Shown here: positions 25,031 to 38,181 of the stretch, piece after piece
Layout: each line of letters starts with the position of its first letter
Numbering within the stretch: the stretch's first letter is position 1
NCBI RefSeq assembly: GCF_006345805.1
Contig: NC_042998.1
Coordinates: 139,934,001-139,998,000, forward strand
DNA length: 64,000 bases
Reading direction: 5' to 3'
DNA from: Octopus sinensis
Lineage: Eukaryota
Program-made: the position numbers and the translations under genes
Notes under the pieces: generated by a model
Database searches by the model: none
What the model saw: the letters and a program-made list of their open reading frames with translations, nothing else
What the model was told of the DNA's origin: nothing

Positions 25031-26364
25031 TATTTTCACAATGGAATACAGCCCTCAACAAATTTGCACTATAGTCTCCAATAAAAACACCCGTCTCTTA
25101 CGTCTACAAGAACTTAAGGACACATTAACAAGCAGGGATTACCCCACGTCACTAATTGACAATGGGATCCAACGCGCCCTAAAACTCAGCACACAGGAAC
25201 TTAGACGCCCTAAACCTGTTACATCGAAACCCCATACTCTACCATACATCTCTACACACAACCCCCTCAACAATGAAGCTTTTGACACCATCCTCCAGAA
25301 CATTCCTGTATTAAAAAAGGACCATAGAATGAACCAAATCCTCCTAACACACGAAATCATAAAGAGCAAAAGGCAACCCAAATCATTGAAAACCATCCTA
25401 ACAAATGCCAAAGTACTGCCAACCACAACAACTAAACCCACAGTAAACAAATGCAATAGACCCAACTGTGGTATATGCATCAACCTAATAGAAGGTCCAG
25501 AATTTCTTTTTAAACAAGGACAACGTTTCACAGTAAAACACAACTTCACATGCGCATCAGAAAACCTAGTATATGTCTTAACTTGCTCGGGCTGTAATGA
25601 ACACTACATAGGCCAAACTAAAAATAGCCTCCGCCAACGCATGACTGTCCACAGATCCCAAATAAAAATACAGGAATACAGAAAAATAGCACTTAGTGCA
25701 CATATTGATACCTGTGCCGCACAACTTCATCCCAATTTCAGAATCTTTCCCCCTCTACAAATTTAAAGACAATGCCACTCATACCCAGCGAATAACCATG
25801 GAATCCCACCTTATTAATAAATACAGACCACTTCTAAACACATCCCCCTAACACGAACCCACAACAAACACACTTACACCTGCACACACCCTACACACAC
25901 TTTTACCCAGATATTAACACCATGACACACGCAAATATATGGTTCCACACATACACATAATTTGATACGAGTGCAAAACATCCAACACTACTTTTTGGAA
26001 ATGACTGTAAATATTGACTTCACACAAACACGTTGCTTCCCAATACAGGCACAAGGCCAGCAGAACTATAAATATTGAAAATTGTACCCACACACGCACA
26101 CATATATACACGCGCGCGCCCCAACATACATATAAACACACACACACACGTGCGCGCGCACACATACATACATATAGCTCTTCCTGTCCTAAATGAACTT
26201 ACTTATCCAGCTCAAATTCAGTCAAGCGGAAAATACACTCCTTAACTACGCGCTAAAAAGCTATTTAAAATATCCACATGACGTCTACTGACCAGCCTGA
26301 ACAATAAGAATTTTCAACAACGCTATTTTCGAAAACTCCATACACCAACATTCATTCTAAACAT

Positions 26365-26625
26365 TCATGTGACCTCTCTATTATGACCACATCCACGTGA
26401 CCTCTTTATTATGACCAATAAGAAATTTTAGGCGCGGCACTAGCCAAATTTTAACATCTCTGGAGCCTATTTTCTTACCCCAACACCAACCTCCATTCAA
26501 ACATTCACGTGACCCCTTTATAATGACCAATCAAAATTGTATTGACCATTGTCCACAAGAAATTTTAGGCGCGAAACCAAGCAAATCTTAAAAAACTCTG
26601 GAGCCTCTTTTTTCACATATAAGAG
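26365..26625 (+). promoter_or_regulatory. Putative pLTR promoter motif cluster (mirrored at ~23140-23400 on the minus strand)
   Basis: CACGTG at 26394 and 26506; CCAAT at 26415 and 26527; GGCGCGAAA (reverse complement TTTCGCGCC, E2F-like) at 26568; TATAAG at 26618. Confidence 0.45.
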
Positions 26626-26699
26626 ACAGCAAACCCAACATAAAGTCAGATAAGAGAAAAAAATCTATCAGAAAGGAACTCTATCTCTCTTTAAAAAAT

Positions 26700-26740
26700 A
26701 TCTTTTGATAAGCATAACAAATGCGCAACCGGTAAAAAGA
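26700..26740 (+). ncRNA. Variant minimal hammerhead-like motif in the PLE 3' end (mirror copy 23025-23064, minus)
   Basis: tctt-TTGATAA-gcat(aacaa)atgc-GCAA-ccgg-TA-aaaaga: U3-A8 compensatory pair, 4-bp stem II, palindromic ACCGGT stem III. GCAA replaces GAAA and the stem I register is imperfect. Confidence 0.55.
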
Positions 26741-26804
26741 ACTTTCACCTAATTAAATACACTCTCCCTTACTTAAATTATTTTGTCAGCATTTTCTTCA
26801 TTTC

Positions 26805-26840
<36 letters not shown>

Positions 26841-26842
<2 letters not shown>

Positions 26843-27050
26843 ATCCAAACATGAGAACACCAAGAGAAAACACAACGCGAGAACGTGGAACAAATATAGT
26901 ATTATTGGATGCTCAGGAAGGAAGGGAAGAAGGAGGGTTTTACGTTTCGAGCGGAGTTTTCGTTAGAGACATAGGAAAAGGAAAGATCCAGAGAAGGGAA
27001 GATGGAGGAAAAAAAGAATCGCCAACGGTACACATGCGGTCACATTTTAT
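26841..27050 (-). mobile_element. Short PLE pLTR-like remnant with a degenerate hammerhead
   Basis: Minus strand 26970-26937: gtct-CTAACGA-aaactccgctc-GAAA-cg-TA-aaac; abuts (TA)n. Confidence 0.45.
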
Positions 27051-27075
27051 TATGATATATATATACATACATATA

Positions 27076-27420
27076 TCATCATCATCAGCATCATCTTTTA
27101 ACGTCCCTTTTCCATGCTAGCATGGGTTGGACGGTTTGACTGGGGACTGGCAAGCCAGGAGGCCGCACCAGTCCTCAATCTGATCTGGCAATGTTTCTAC
27201 AGCTGGATGCCCTTCATAATGCGAACCACTCCAAGAGTGTAGTGGGTGCTTTTTACGTGCCAGTGCCGTGGGAGCTAGTCAGGCGGCACTGGCATCAGCC
27301 ACGTTTGGATGGTGCTTTTTGCATGCCACCGCCACAGGAGCCAGTTGGGGCAGTGGGCTGGCATCGACCACATTTGGATGGTGCTTTTTATGTCCCACCA
27401 GCACGGAGAGCCAGTCAGAC
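27076..27420 (-). mobile_element. RTE LINE 3'-end fragment
   Basis: (CAT)n + tttaacgtcc...ccatgctagcatggg + internal ~58-bp repeats, as in 8296-8700. Similar fragments at 28504-28880, 37620-38160, 58970-59230. Confidence 0.75.
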
Positions 27421-29155
27421 AGAAGTGGCAGTGACCCACACATGAATATCTATGTGTGTGTGTATATGTCTGTGTTTGTCCCCACCATCACTTCTTGACA
27501 ACTGGTGTTGGTGTGTTTACATCAGTGTAACTTAGCAGTTTGGCAAAGAGACTGATAGAATAAGTACTAGGCATAAAAACAAGTCCTGGGCTCAAATTGT
27601 TCGACAGACACACTTTAAGGTGGTGTTCCAGCATGGCCACAGTCAAATGACTGAAACAAGTAAAAGAATAAAAAATATAGGTGAAGGAATTGCTGAGTGG
27701 TTAAGAAATTAGTTATGAAACCATGTGGTTTTCAGTTCATCCCAAAGCACCTTGGGTAAACGTCTTCTACTATAACCTTAGGTGACCAATGCCATGTGAG
27801 TGAATTTGGTTGATGGAAATTGTGTGGAAACCTGTCATATATGTCTCTTTTTGATTCACCCCCTCCCATCACCACCACCACTTGACAACTAGTGTTGGTT
27901 TGTTTATGTCCCTGTAACTTACCAGTTTGGCAAAGAGCTGACAGAATAAGCACCAGAATTAAAAATAAGTACTGGGATCAAATTGTTTAACTAAAATCCT
28001 TAAAACAGTGCTCCAGCATTGCTGCGGTCCAATGTTTGAAACAAGCAAAAGATAAGAGATAAAGGATGATGATATGCATGTTTTATATTGGAGTGGATGC
28101 TACGCAAGTAGAGGTTTTATGTAGCATCAGACATTCTCATAATAGTGAACCAGTATGTCTTCCAACAATGCAAAGGAGAAAAAAAAAAGCAACCAACAAA
28201 CAAATATAATTTGAAATTAATATATTTTGTAAAAAACAAGTAAACTTTTTTTCATTTAGAAGCAGAAATTTTGTAGAAAGTATTGAATGTAGCTAACTAA
28301 AAAAATCCTCTCAGATTCACCATTCTTGGTAAATGTTTCGGCTCCAAACATTAGGTGTGCACTGATCCAAACCATAATGGTAACCGAATATTAAAAATGG
28401 TTAAATATCAGCTACATGAAGATACTGTTACCACCTGCCTAACTTTACTAGCTCTACACCAATGGCCATATAAAGTCTGTTTTTTTTCTTCTGCTGCCTC
28501 CAACATCATCATCATCATCATCATCATCATTTAACATCCACTTTCTGTACTGGCATAGGTTAGACAGCTTGACTGGAACTGATGAGCTGGAGAGCTGCAC
28601 CAGGTTCCAATCTGATTTGGCATGGTTTCCGTGGCTGGATGCCCTTCCTAATGCCAACCACTCTGAGAGTGTAATAGGTACTTTTTACATTCCACTGGCA
28701 CAGGTGCCATTTACATGGCACTGGAAATGGCCACGATTTGGCTTAACAACTTTTCTCAAGCACAGCATATCACCGAAGGTCTTGGTCACTTGTTATCTCC
28801 TCCATGAGGCTCAACATTCAAAGATCATGCTTCACCACCTTGTCCCTCACCTTAGTGAAACCCAACATTCAAAGACCATTTCAAGGAGCATGCTACTGGC
28901 AGAAATTCAACCCGTTTCCAATTAACTTGGCTGACTGCCCCTGGTCCTATGATATAAACTTCCTGTTTTAAAGTGACCTAAATTCAAACTTACCATTAAA
29001 ATTTCACATTAATTTATTTCCCAAACACCAGCTTTATAATGGTAACGTTATTTTACTAAATTCTTCGTTCTTTCTAAAATTAATTGAAACAAAAGGCAGT
29101 GTATCTGAACATGGTAAGAAAAAAGTGAATAACATAATGTTTTCTGATTTTACAG

Positions 29156-29316
29156 GCTCGGGATAAAACTCCAGAATGGTTGACAGATGAACTTTTAGTA
29201 AGCTCTGACAGTTGCAGTTCATTCCTAAGCTCAGATATTAATGGAACTAATAATGGAGCTGAGAACAAGAATGATTTAGATTACAATTCTCCATCAGTCT
29301 GTGACTTTCAAGACAG
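29156..29316 (+). CDS. Coding exon 2: ARDKTPEWLTDELLVSSDSCSSFLSSDINGTNNGAENKNDLDYNSPSVCDFQD
   Basis: tttctgattttacag acceptor; cag|gtttgt donor; 161 nt, phase 0/2; matches the phase of the next exon. Confidence 0.78.
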
Positions 29317-31076
29317 GTTTGTAAACTCAATGTTTGAATTGGGGGGTATTATATTTTTCCATTGTCATTATTATTATCATAAACTTTTTAATATTTTACT
29401 TGCTGTTTGTAGAATGTAGACAAAACTGATTTATTAACCAACAATGAGATGATTAAGATGCTGGACTCAAGTCCTTATAAGAAGCATTAAGTACTGCAGT
29501 GTTTGTGGGTGGTGTGTGCATAGTATCATAGAGTGAAGTCAAACACATGTGGAACAGTGGTTCTCAGCTGAGGTCCATATGGCCCCTGAGGGTCCACATC
29601 AGATTTTTGGGGTCCATACAACAAAATGGTAAATTGGGAATCCACAATGATATTTTAAGGGCCACCAAAAAAAAAAAATTGCTTTAGACATGTATTGGTA
29701 TGTATTGCAAGAAAACTGATTTCTTTCTCTGATATTTTACATAGTTCAACCTACACAAATTAATGTGTAAAAACAATAAATAACATTCTATGAAACTAGT
29801 TTTTAAACATCGAATGACTATGGGTGGTTTGGGCTGTGTGTATGCATGTGATAGATACCTTATTATTTCTCGAAAATATTTAGTTTTGAGTGTGACGGAA
29901 GTAAGAGTATTATTTGTGTTAAGTGATGTTTTTATAAAGGAAAGCAAAGCTTAAGGTTCAACCCTGATCAAGCTTTGTTACTGAATCAAGAATTTATCTA
30001 AAGAATGGAAAGTTGATTTTACTTTGAAAAGCATCTCATGGCTTTGTCTTTGTACTGTATAACAGAAATTATTTTAAAACTTTAAAAAATCTTCAACATC
30101 ATTATTGTGATCATTATCATCTAATGTTCATTTTCCATGCTAGCATGGGTTGGATGGTTAAACAGAATCCACTGAGCTGCAGAGCTGCAGAGCTGCACCG
30201 AGCTCCAGTGTCTGATTTGGCATAGTTTCTCTAGCTGGATGCCCTTTCTAACATCAACCACTTTACAGTGTTACTGGGTGCGTCTCTTATACCACTGGGT
30301 CTAGTGAGGCTGGCAAGCAAGACAGAAAAGAACAGGGAAAAAGTTAAAAAAGAAAAATTGGTTGAAGATATTCTTTAAGGTGTCTCTTCTGGCTGCTTAG
30401 TTGATATCTAGCAAATAGTTTGTTAGTTGGTTGAAATAGAGGTTGCTGAAGATTGCACTTGTTTTATCATAATGCAATGATTCAGAGATGCAATGATAGA
30501 TTGTAGAGCCAACAAAATTAATCAATATAGAGAACTAATTACAGTTTCATAGAGAAAAATAGCAATAACATTTTTTAAACCATTCAAACAGGTGCAGGCA
30601 TGACTATATGATTAAGAAGTGTTTCCAAATCACATGGTATTGGGTTCAGTCTCTCTGTGTGGCACATTGGGTGTGTCTCCTATTTTTGTTCCTGGACCAA
30701 CTAAAGATTTGTGAGTGGAATTTGGTTGACAGCAACTGAAAGAAACCAAACATATGCATCATCATCATAATCAATATTCATAATTTAGTATCCGTATTCT
30801 ATGTTGGTACAGAATGGATGGTTTGACAGGATCCAACAGATCAGGGGGACTGTGTTGAGCTCCAATGTCAGCTTTGGCACATGGTTCCTATGGCTGGTTA
30901 TCCTTCCTAATGCCAACCACCTTACAGAGGATTATACATACATACATACATACATACAGGCATGCATGCATGTATGACAAGCAGAAGGACCTGGTTTCAT
31001 TTGGGTTATAAACTCATAGCCTTAACACAGTACTCTTTGTAGTTTAATTTGACACCTTTCTTCTAGGTATTGTTAG

Positions 31077-31554
31077 GTAAATATTTCATAAAGGACCTGT
31101 TCGTACCTTGGTGTGAAATAATTTTTTCCCCTGTGTTTTTACGAGTGCATTCAACATATCTGAACTCCAAAACTGTCGCAAGCCATTTTTTTTTTCAGAA
31201 AAGAAGTGGTCACGTCGGAGTTTCCCACCAACAGAGTTTTGTTTTTCTTTCCAGGTTATTTTGCTTACTTTCAATGAATGTAACATCGAAATTATGCTTA
31301 AATGGCTCCTTCCTCCAGAAAAGGAAAGATTTAGCTGCTATTTCTAACACGCCCTAACACCATGTAACAGCAATTTGCGATAAAGGACCCACCAATATTT
31401 CACTGTGAAATAATATTTTGACCCCTTCTTTTCTGGAAAAAAGTGGTTTGTGGCAGGTTTGGTGGTCAGATACATTGAATGCACTTGAAAAAACATGTGG
31501 CAAAAAAAATTATTTCACACTGAGTTACAAATGGGTCCTTTACAAAATATTTAC
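31077..31554. mobile_element. Decayed MITE with ~135-bp imperfect TIRs
   Basis: gtaaatatttcataaaggacc...gaaaagaagtggtca (31077-31212) pairs with tgaccccttcttttc...ggtcctttacaaaatatttac (31419-31554). Confidence 0.75.
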
Positions 31555-34264
31555 TCATAGTTATTTACTGATACACAAATACACTGGTACAGCGTTATTG
31601 TTTGACCCTTCAACCTTTCAAACATTTTGTTTATGTGTTGGTGTGCACAAATACACTGCTACAGAAGATTGTAAACAATGATAGCTGTAATAATTTTTTT
31701 GGTACCAGATATTGTTACAATGGTAAACGCTAGACCGAATGGTTGATAGAATGAATAGAGTAAGAGATAGAAAGAGAGGAAGTATTTTTAATAAAAAAAT
31801 AAACGAAGTCCCTATTTTGTATCCGAGGTCAAATTATGCATCCCAAGTATGGAACCAATTCACAGCCGTTTTCATGTGAAAAGCGATACACACAGAGGTC
31901 TATTTTATATTTAAGAAGTGTTGTCATGGTGGTGGTATAAAATGTCCTTTACTATCTCATATGTAACGAATGCATAAACACATACACACTCATATACAAA
32001 ATGTGACGTTTATCGACATGGTATAAAATGTCCGTTACTATAGTTGACCATAGAAAGACTATTTTCGAGAAAATGCTATATTGTTTCAATCCAAATGAAG
32101 ATAAAAATTACATGCTGACACTCGCAGGGGGTAATACTATTACCTTGTAAAATTTGATTTGATGGAGCCATTTGAGAAGGCATAGAGAACAGACAGAGAA
32201 GATAAGGAATTTTATATAGAGAGAGATGTTTGTGTATGGTGGGGATGTTTGTGTCTCCTTGTTTTGACATTGTACCTAACTGAGCCATCCCATACCATAT
32301 TTGTTAGTTATAAACTCTTTCAAGTGAAGTAGCTTTGCTGAAATTTTAGTTCATCATTTTATTATGCTTCATTATTTTGTTTAATTATTCTTGAAATTAG
32401 ATTATTTATTGAAATTTTATTCTTTAAAATAGCATCTTGGAATCTTTTTCTTCTTGAGAACCGCATGTAATTTAACAAACTGTGAGAAAGGAACTTTGAG
32501 ATAATAAATATCTGAAATAATTTAGGGCTGAAAATGTAGGATTGCTCCTAAATGCTGTTGGCTTCTCATGGTCTCACTGATGACCATTAAAAGCTGATAA
32601 TGAATAGGACTTTTGCAAACTCTGATTGCTAACAAACAAAAATTTTGTTGCTAAGAGCTAAAAAAGACAAAAAGAAATTTGAACTCACTACATAAACTTA
32701 TACTCTTAAAAAAACAAATGCAGCCAGATTCCTTCTGGACAGGACCAGAAGAAGCAGCAGATGTTGATATCAGGTGGCAGCAAGTGGATGGGTAGGTAAA
32801 AGATGTAATGGGAATAGATTAAAAAAAAAGGAAAAAACATAGTAGTTAAAAGAGGTGGTGGTAGTGGTAGTGGGAGAAGCCCCTATGATGACAACATCAA
32901 TGGTAATGTTTAGAATAAGGAAACCTAATCAATACTATGCTCGTTGCTATTTACTGATATTGCTATTGACGACAGCTTTATTTTGGTTACTCATCCCAAC
33001 GTAAGCCTCTTTAAGTTTTGATTCATATAATTTTCCTTTTTATATCGTATTACAAAAGCCAGCGTAAGCCCATAGCTATTAGCCTCTAGGGGTATATAAT
33101 CTTCGTTTCGACTCGCAACATCAAATTTGCTTCATCTTTCTAGATCAGAGCTGTCTTTTAAGTAAAAGCTATAACAAAGTAACTAATGCCTCATTAAACT
33201 TGGAGTCAATTTTACTTAAGACTGAATAATACTCTTCTTGTAAGCTTTTACAGGCAGTTTTTGTACTTTATGTCACCATTAGATGGAAGATTCTCCAATC
33301 AAATTATAGAACTTCAGTGCCAGTCATGTTAATATTCTTGAATGTCTATTGAAGTGAATATTATTGAAAAATATGTAGAATTACCGTGAGGGGAAAAATG
33401 GGGGTGGGGAGGGAGCAAGAGATTTTTAAGTGAACTAAACATCAAAGAAAAACCTAGGAAGACACTAATTTCACTGTAACTAAATGTCTCTAATAGCTAT
33501 ATTATAGTATTAGTATTATTACTTGTGTAGCTTATTGCTGATTTTATTCATGATAGTTTTAAATTAGTCTAGGACAGTATTATTTACCCATTCAACAGCT
33601 TACAGTCGTGTGTCTGTACAGATGAAATGATGAATTAGCACGACAGAAGCAATAAGCTCAATTATGTAGATGTTTTAGCATCAATAATGTTACTTGCAGT
33701 AATGATATCTCTCTCTCTCTCTCTCTCTCACTCACGCACACACACACACACACACACACTCAAACACACATATGCACATACAAATAGATATAGAGACAGC
33801 CAGAGGAAATGATATTTATTTTAAACACAGTCCTCTTGACAGTATTACTGTTTATCACATTAGCTACAATAAAAGCAATGTAATGAAAAAAATATTGTTT
33901 AGACTTATGTTAGTCAATAAAACAAAGCAGTTATGAGATTAAGATGCTAAACGGCTGTCAGTGTGGTTGTAAGTTCAAGTTTGTTGCACGCTTGTGTTGT
34001 ACCCCATGGTCTTCTTTGTTCAGTTTGTCAGCCAAGCAAATCGTTTCTTCTCTTATTGATTGGTTAATAACGTGAAGGTGAAAGCATGTGGCATAGTGGA
34101 CAGGATAAATAGCCCTACTCTACCTCTCCCTCTTAGAACACTTGGAAGTTCAATAAAATTCATATTACTAATCACTAGATTTCCTGTCATAATTCTTCAG
34201 TTTGTTGTACAAACTAAAGTACAAAGGAAATGCTTAGAGATTTTTCTCTGTCTTTTGTTTTAGA

Positions 34265-34880
34265 AGGTTCATGGCCTAGTGATTAGGGTGTTGTACTCAT
34301 GGTCATATGATTGTGGTTTCAATTCTCAGATTGGGCAGTGCATTGTGTTCTTGAGCAAAACACTTCATTTCACATTGCTCTTGTTCCATCAATTGTAAAT
34401 GAGTTCTAGCAATATCCAGGAAGTTGACCCTGTGACAGACAGGCATCCTGTTGAGAAGGGACTGTTGTAATCTCAGTCACTTATTTGCTTTGGAAACTGG
34501 GTGTTAAGCTCCAGCCTTATGAGTCTTAGGGCTCATGACAGACCTAGGTCTAAGTATGCAATGGCTCAGTGGTTAGAGCATTGAGCTTATGGTTGTGAGG
34601 TTGTGATTGTGAATTCGATTCCTGGACCCGGTTGAATGTTGTAGTCTTGAGCAAGACATTTTATTTCACATTGTTCCAGTTTACTCAGCTTTAGGAATGA
34701 GTTGCAACATAACTGGTGCCAAACTGTGTTGGCCTTTGCCTTTCCCTTGGATAATATCAATGGCATGGTGAGGGGAGGTTGGTATGCATGGGGTGACTAT
34801 TGGTCTTCCATAAGCAATCTTGGGAACTTTCTAGGTGCCATCCCCTGGTCATTCATGACCAAAGGGGGTCTTTACTTCAC
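34265..34880 (+). mobile_element. Two tandem tRNA-derived SINEs (family C-like heads)
   Basis: atggcctagtgattagggtg... (34271) and atggctcagtggttagagca...aattcgattcc (34561), each followed by ttgagcaag/aacactt-atttcacattg. Confidence 0.6.
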
Positions 34881-36067
34881 TTTACTAATGTTATGAAGGA
34901 AAAAAGTACCTTCTCTCTTACCAATTCTAGAAAAAGATTTGTTCAAACAATGAGCAGTTCCTCCAGTTTCAAAGCAGCACACTCCAGCATGACCACAGTT
35001 CAAAGACTGCAACAAGTAAAATATATCCAAAAACAATTGTAACTTTTTAGATGAGTGTTTTAACTAGCCATGTTGATAGGATATTGGTGTTCTGACTTAC
35101 AGTACCCTAGTACCTACTTAGGAATAGATACTTTTAGAAGTTTTTGAAGGCTTAAGTTCCAACATAAGAAAGAGTTAGTGTTTCATTTGATTAGCTCAAA
35201 AACTTTGAAAGCATTATCATCATCTTCATCTTTTTCACATCCATTTTCCATACTCACATGGGTTGGATGGAATTGCTGATGTGGATTTTGTACAGTCAGA
35301 TGCCCTTCCTGTTCCCAGCCTTAACCTATTTCCAAGTAAGGTAATCTTTCCTCTGGTCCAGACATTTTTGTTTTTACACAGAAGATTGGAAACAAAACAC
35401 AGTGCTTTTATGATGATGATGATGGTTGTTTGCAACTATTATGCAATGTTAAGACAAGCACATATGCACATACACTTCTATATATGTATACACACACACA
35501 CACATATATATATGTACAATGGCATTCTTTCAGTTTCTGTCTTCCAAATCTTCTCACAAGGCTTTGCTGGAATCTGTTCTTGAATAGGTGCAAGCATAGC
35601 TCTGAGGTAAGAAGTTTGCTTCCCAACCACATGGTTCTGGCTTCAATCCCATTGCATGGCACTTTGGCCAAGTGTCCTCTACTATTGCTTTGGACCAACC
35701 AAAGCCTTGTGAGTGGATTTGGTAGACAGAAACTGAAAGAAGCCCATTGTATATATACTTATGTGTGTGTGTCTTTGTATCTGCATTTGTCCCCTACCAC
35801 CTGTACTGGTATATTTATGTCCCCTTAACTTAGTAGTGCAGTAAAAGAGATCAATAGAATAAATACTAGGCATTTTTAAAAAAAGTTCTCGGGTTGATTT
35901 GTTCAACTAAAACCCTTCATGGTAGTGCCCCAGCATGGCCACAGTCAAAATGTCTGAAGTAAGTAAAAGATGGTAAAAGATATGTACCTGTGAATTATAG
36001 CATGAAGATGGTGGTCTTAATACCCAATGAAATAGGGAATATATTTTAATATTTTAGATTATATATA

Positions 36068-36943
36068 CATGGTCTGATCAATGAGTATCTGGACTGTTTC
36101 CATAGTAACAAAGCTAAAGCATGCTGAGTGAAGCTGCTTGGTACAGATTGACCTTGAACTCTGCCATGCATGTGCACTAAGTTTTAGCATTCTAGCTCAC
36201 TTCTGCTATTTACAGCAGTACCTGGAAGGAAGGTGTATAGCGTGTGATCACCACATTGACCATGACAGAAAGTTGAGCAGAGAATTTGCATCCAATTTTG
36301 TCAATAGCTTGGCAATATCTACTCAGAGGCCTACACAAAGTTTTCAAAAAGTCTTCATTGTTCTCAACAAAATTGAGGAGATCTTGTGCAACTGAAACCT
36401 GGGTGTCTTTTTGGTCAGCTGAAAACAGTTTAGACACACATCTCATACCCAAATCTTCAGTGATAATGGACTGAACTAAACCATAACTAATCTGCACATC
36501 CTCTGATAACTCACGAATAGTGATTCAACATTTTCCCCTCATATCTGCATGCACATTGCGATGATTTTCTCAGTTCTGTTGGTTGTGGGTCTCCCAGAAC
36601 ATTCATCAATATCGATATTTTTCCAGCCATCTTGGAAATGTCTGAACAACTCATACACTTGTGTGTGGCTCATACACTCCTCTCCATACACTTTCTGCAA
36701 CTTTGCATAGGCCTCTGAGCAGGTATCGCCATAACAACTTTCTCTGTCATGGTCAATGCGACGATTACTCACTACACACCTTCCTTCAAGCATTGCAGTA
36801 AACAGTGGGAGTGAGCTACAATGTTAAAACTTTGTGCACATGCATAGCAGAGTTCAAGATCAATCCTTGCCAAGCAGCTTCACTCTACATGCTTTAGCTT
36901 CATTACTAAGGCAACAGTCTGAATACTTATTGATCAAACCTCG
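36068..36943. mobile_element. Fold-back mariner derivative with two left (5') ends
   Basis: ~205-bp inverted repeats 36068-36275 / 36736-36943, TA-flanked; transposase N-terminal remnants on both strands (EQRICIQFC on +; EAYAKLQKVYGEECMS...SGRP...ISYGLVQSIITEDLGMR on -). Confidence 0.82.
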
Positions 36944-36983
36944 TATATATATATATTATTTCATCTATCTATCTATCTATCTA

Positions 36984-37016
<33 letters not shown>

Positions 37017-37183
37017 TTTTATACTTTTACTTGTTTCAGTCATTTGATTGCAGCTATGCTGGAGCAGTGCTTTAAAGGGTTTTAGTTGAAGAAATCGCCC
37101 CCACAACTTAATTTTTGTAACCCTTGTACTTATTCTATTGGTCCCTTTTGCCGAACTGTTAAGTTATGAGGACACACACATAA

Positions 37184-37227
<44 letters not shown>

Positions 37228-38181
37228 GATGGGCTTCTCTCAGTTTCCATCTACCAAATCTACTCACAAGTTTTTGGTTGGCCCAAGATACTTGCCCAAG
37301 GTGCCATGCAGTGGGACTGAACTTGGAACCATGTGGTTGGGAAGCCACGCTTGCACCTCCACACAACCACACCTGAACTAATGAATGAGAAGGGAACAGG
37401 AGTCATATAATCTGCTTCATTGGCTTACAAATCTTTCTGCTATGAAAAGCAATGCATTCAAAGCTGTGTGCCTGTTGAACATCCTATACCTTCCTTGGAC
37501 CCATTAAAATGCAGTGTATATTTATTTCAGAAAGCATTTGTATATATATGTATATTGAAACATTTAGATTGTCTCCTAAATTTTGGCCAATATCCAGGGG
37601 TTGGCAGCATTACTTATCTATCATCATCACCATAATTTAATGTCTGCTTTCCATGCTGGCATAGGTTGGATGGTTTGAATGAGGACTGGCAAGCCAGTAG
37701 GCTGCACCAGGCTCCAATATGATCTGGCAAGGTTTCTACAGCTGGATGCCCTTCCTAACGCCAACCACTCTGGGAGTGTAGTGGGTGCTTTTTATGTGCC
37801 AGCGGCACAGGAGCCAGGCAGGGGACACTAGCATCGACCACATTTGGATGGTACTTTTAACGTGCCACCAACACAGGAGCCAGTCAGGGGGCACTGCCAT
37901 CGACCACATTTGCATGATGCTTTTTACATGTCTCTGGTACGAGGAGCCTGTCAGGCAGGACTAGCATTGACCACACTCAAATGGTGCTTATTAAATGCCA
38001 CCAACACGTGTGCCAGTCAGGCTGCACTGGCCACGACTATGATTTCAATTTCACTTGACTCAACAGGTCTTCTCAAGCACATCATATCGCCCGACGATTC
38101 AAGGGCACTTTTAAATGGGCTGGTTATGCAACACTGGCATGGGACATGGCTGCGGTCATCTATGTTAATTTCTCTCTAAAG

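Larger units (their letters stand above)
25029..26812 (+). mobile_element. Penelope-like element, right arm (inverted copy)
   Basis: Near-identical reverse complement of the left arm; 153-nt in-frame deletion at ~25064 and a +1 C frameshift at ~25750; ends in (TA)n at 26810. Confidence 0.9.

Noticed and set aside
25008-25766. 252-aa ORF as an independent GIY-YIG nuclease gene
   Set aside because: Chimeric start across the palindrome junction (non-ATG), internal deletion and C-terminal frameshift; it is part of the right PLE arm.
30442-30495. CTGAAGA followed by a ttgca/tgcaa stem, as a possible hammerhead
   Set aside because: No GAAA or stem III/cleavage triplet follows.
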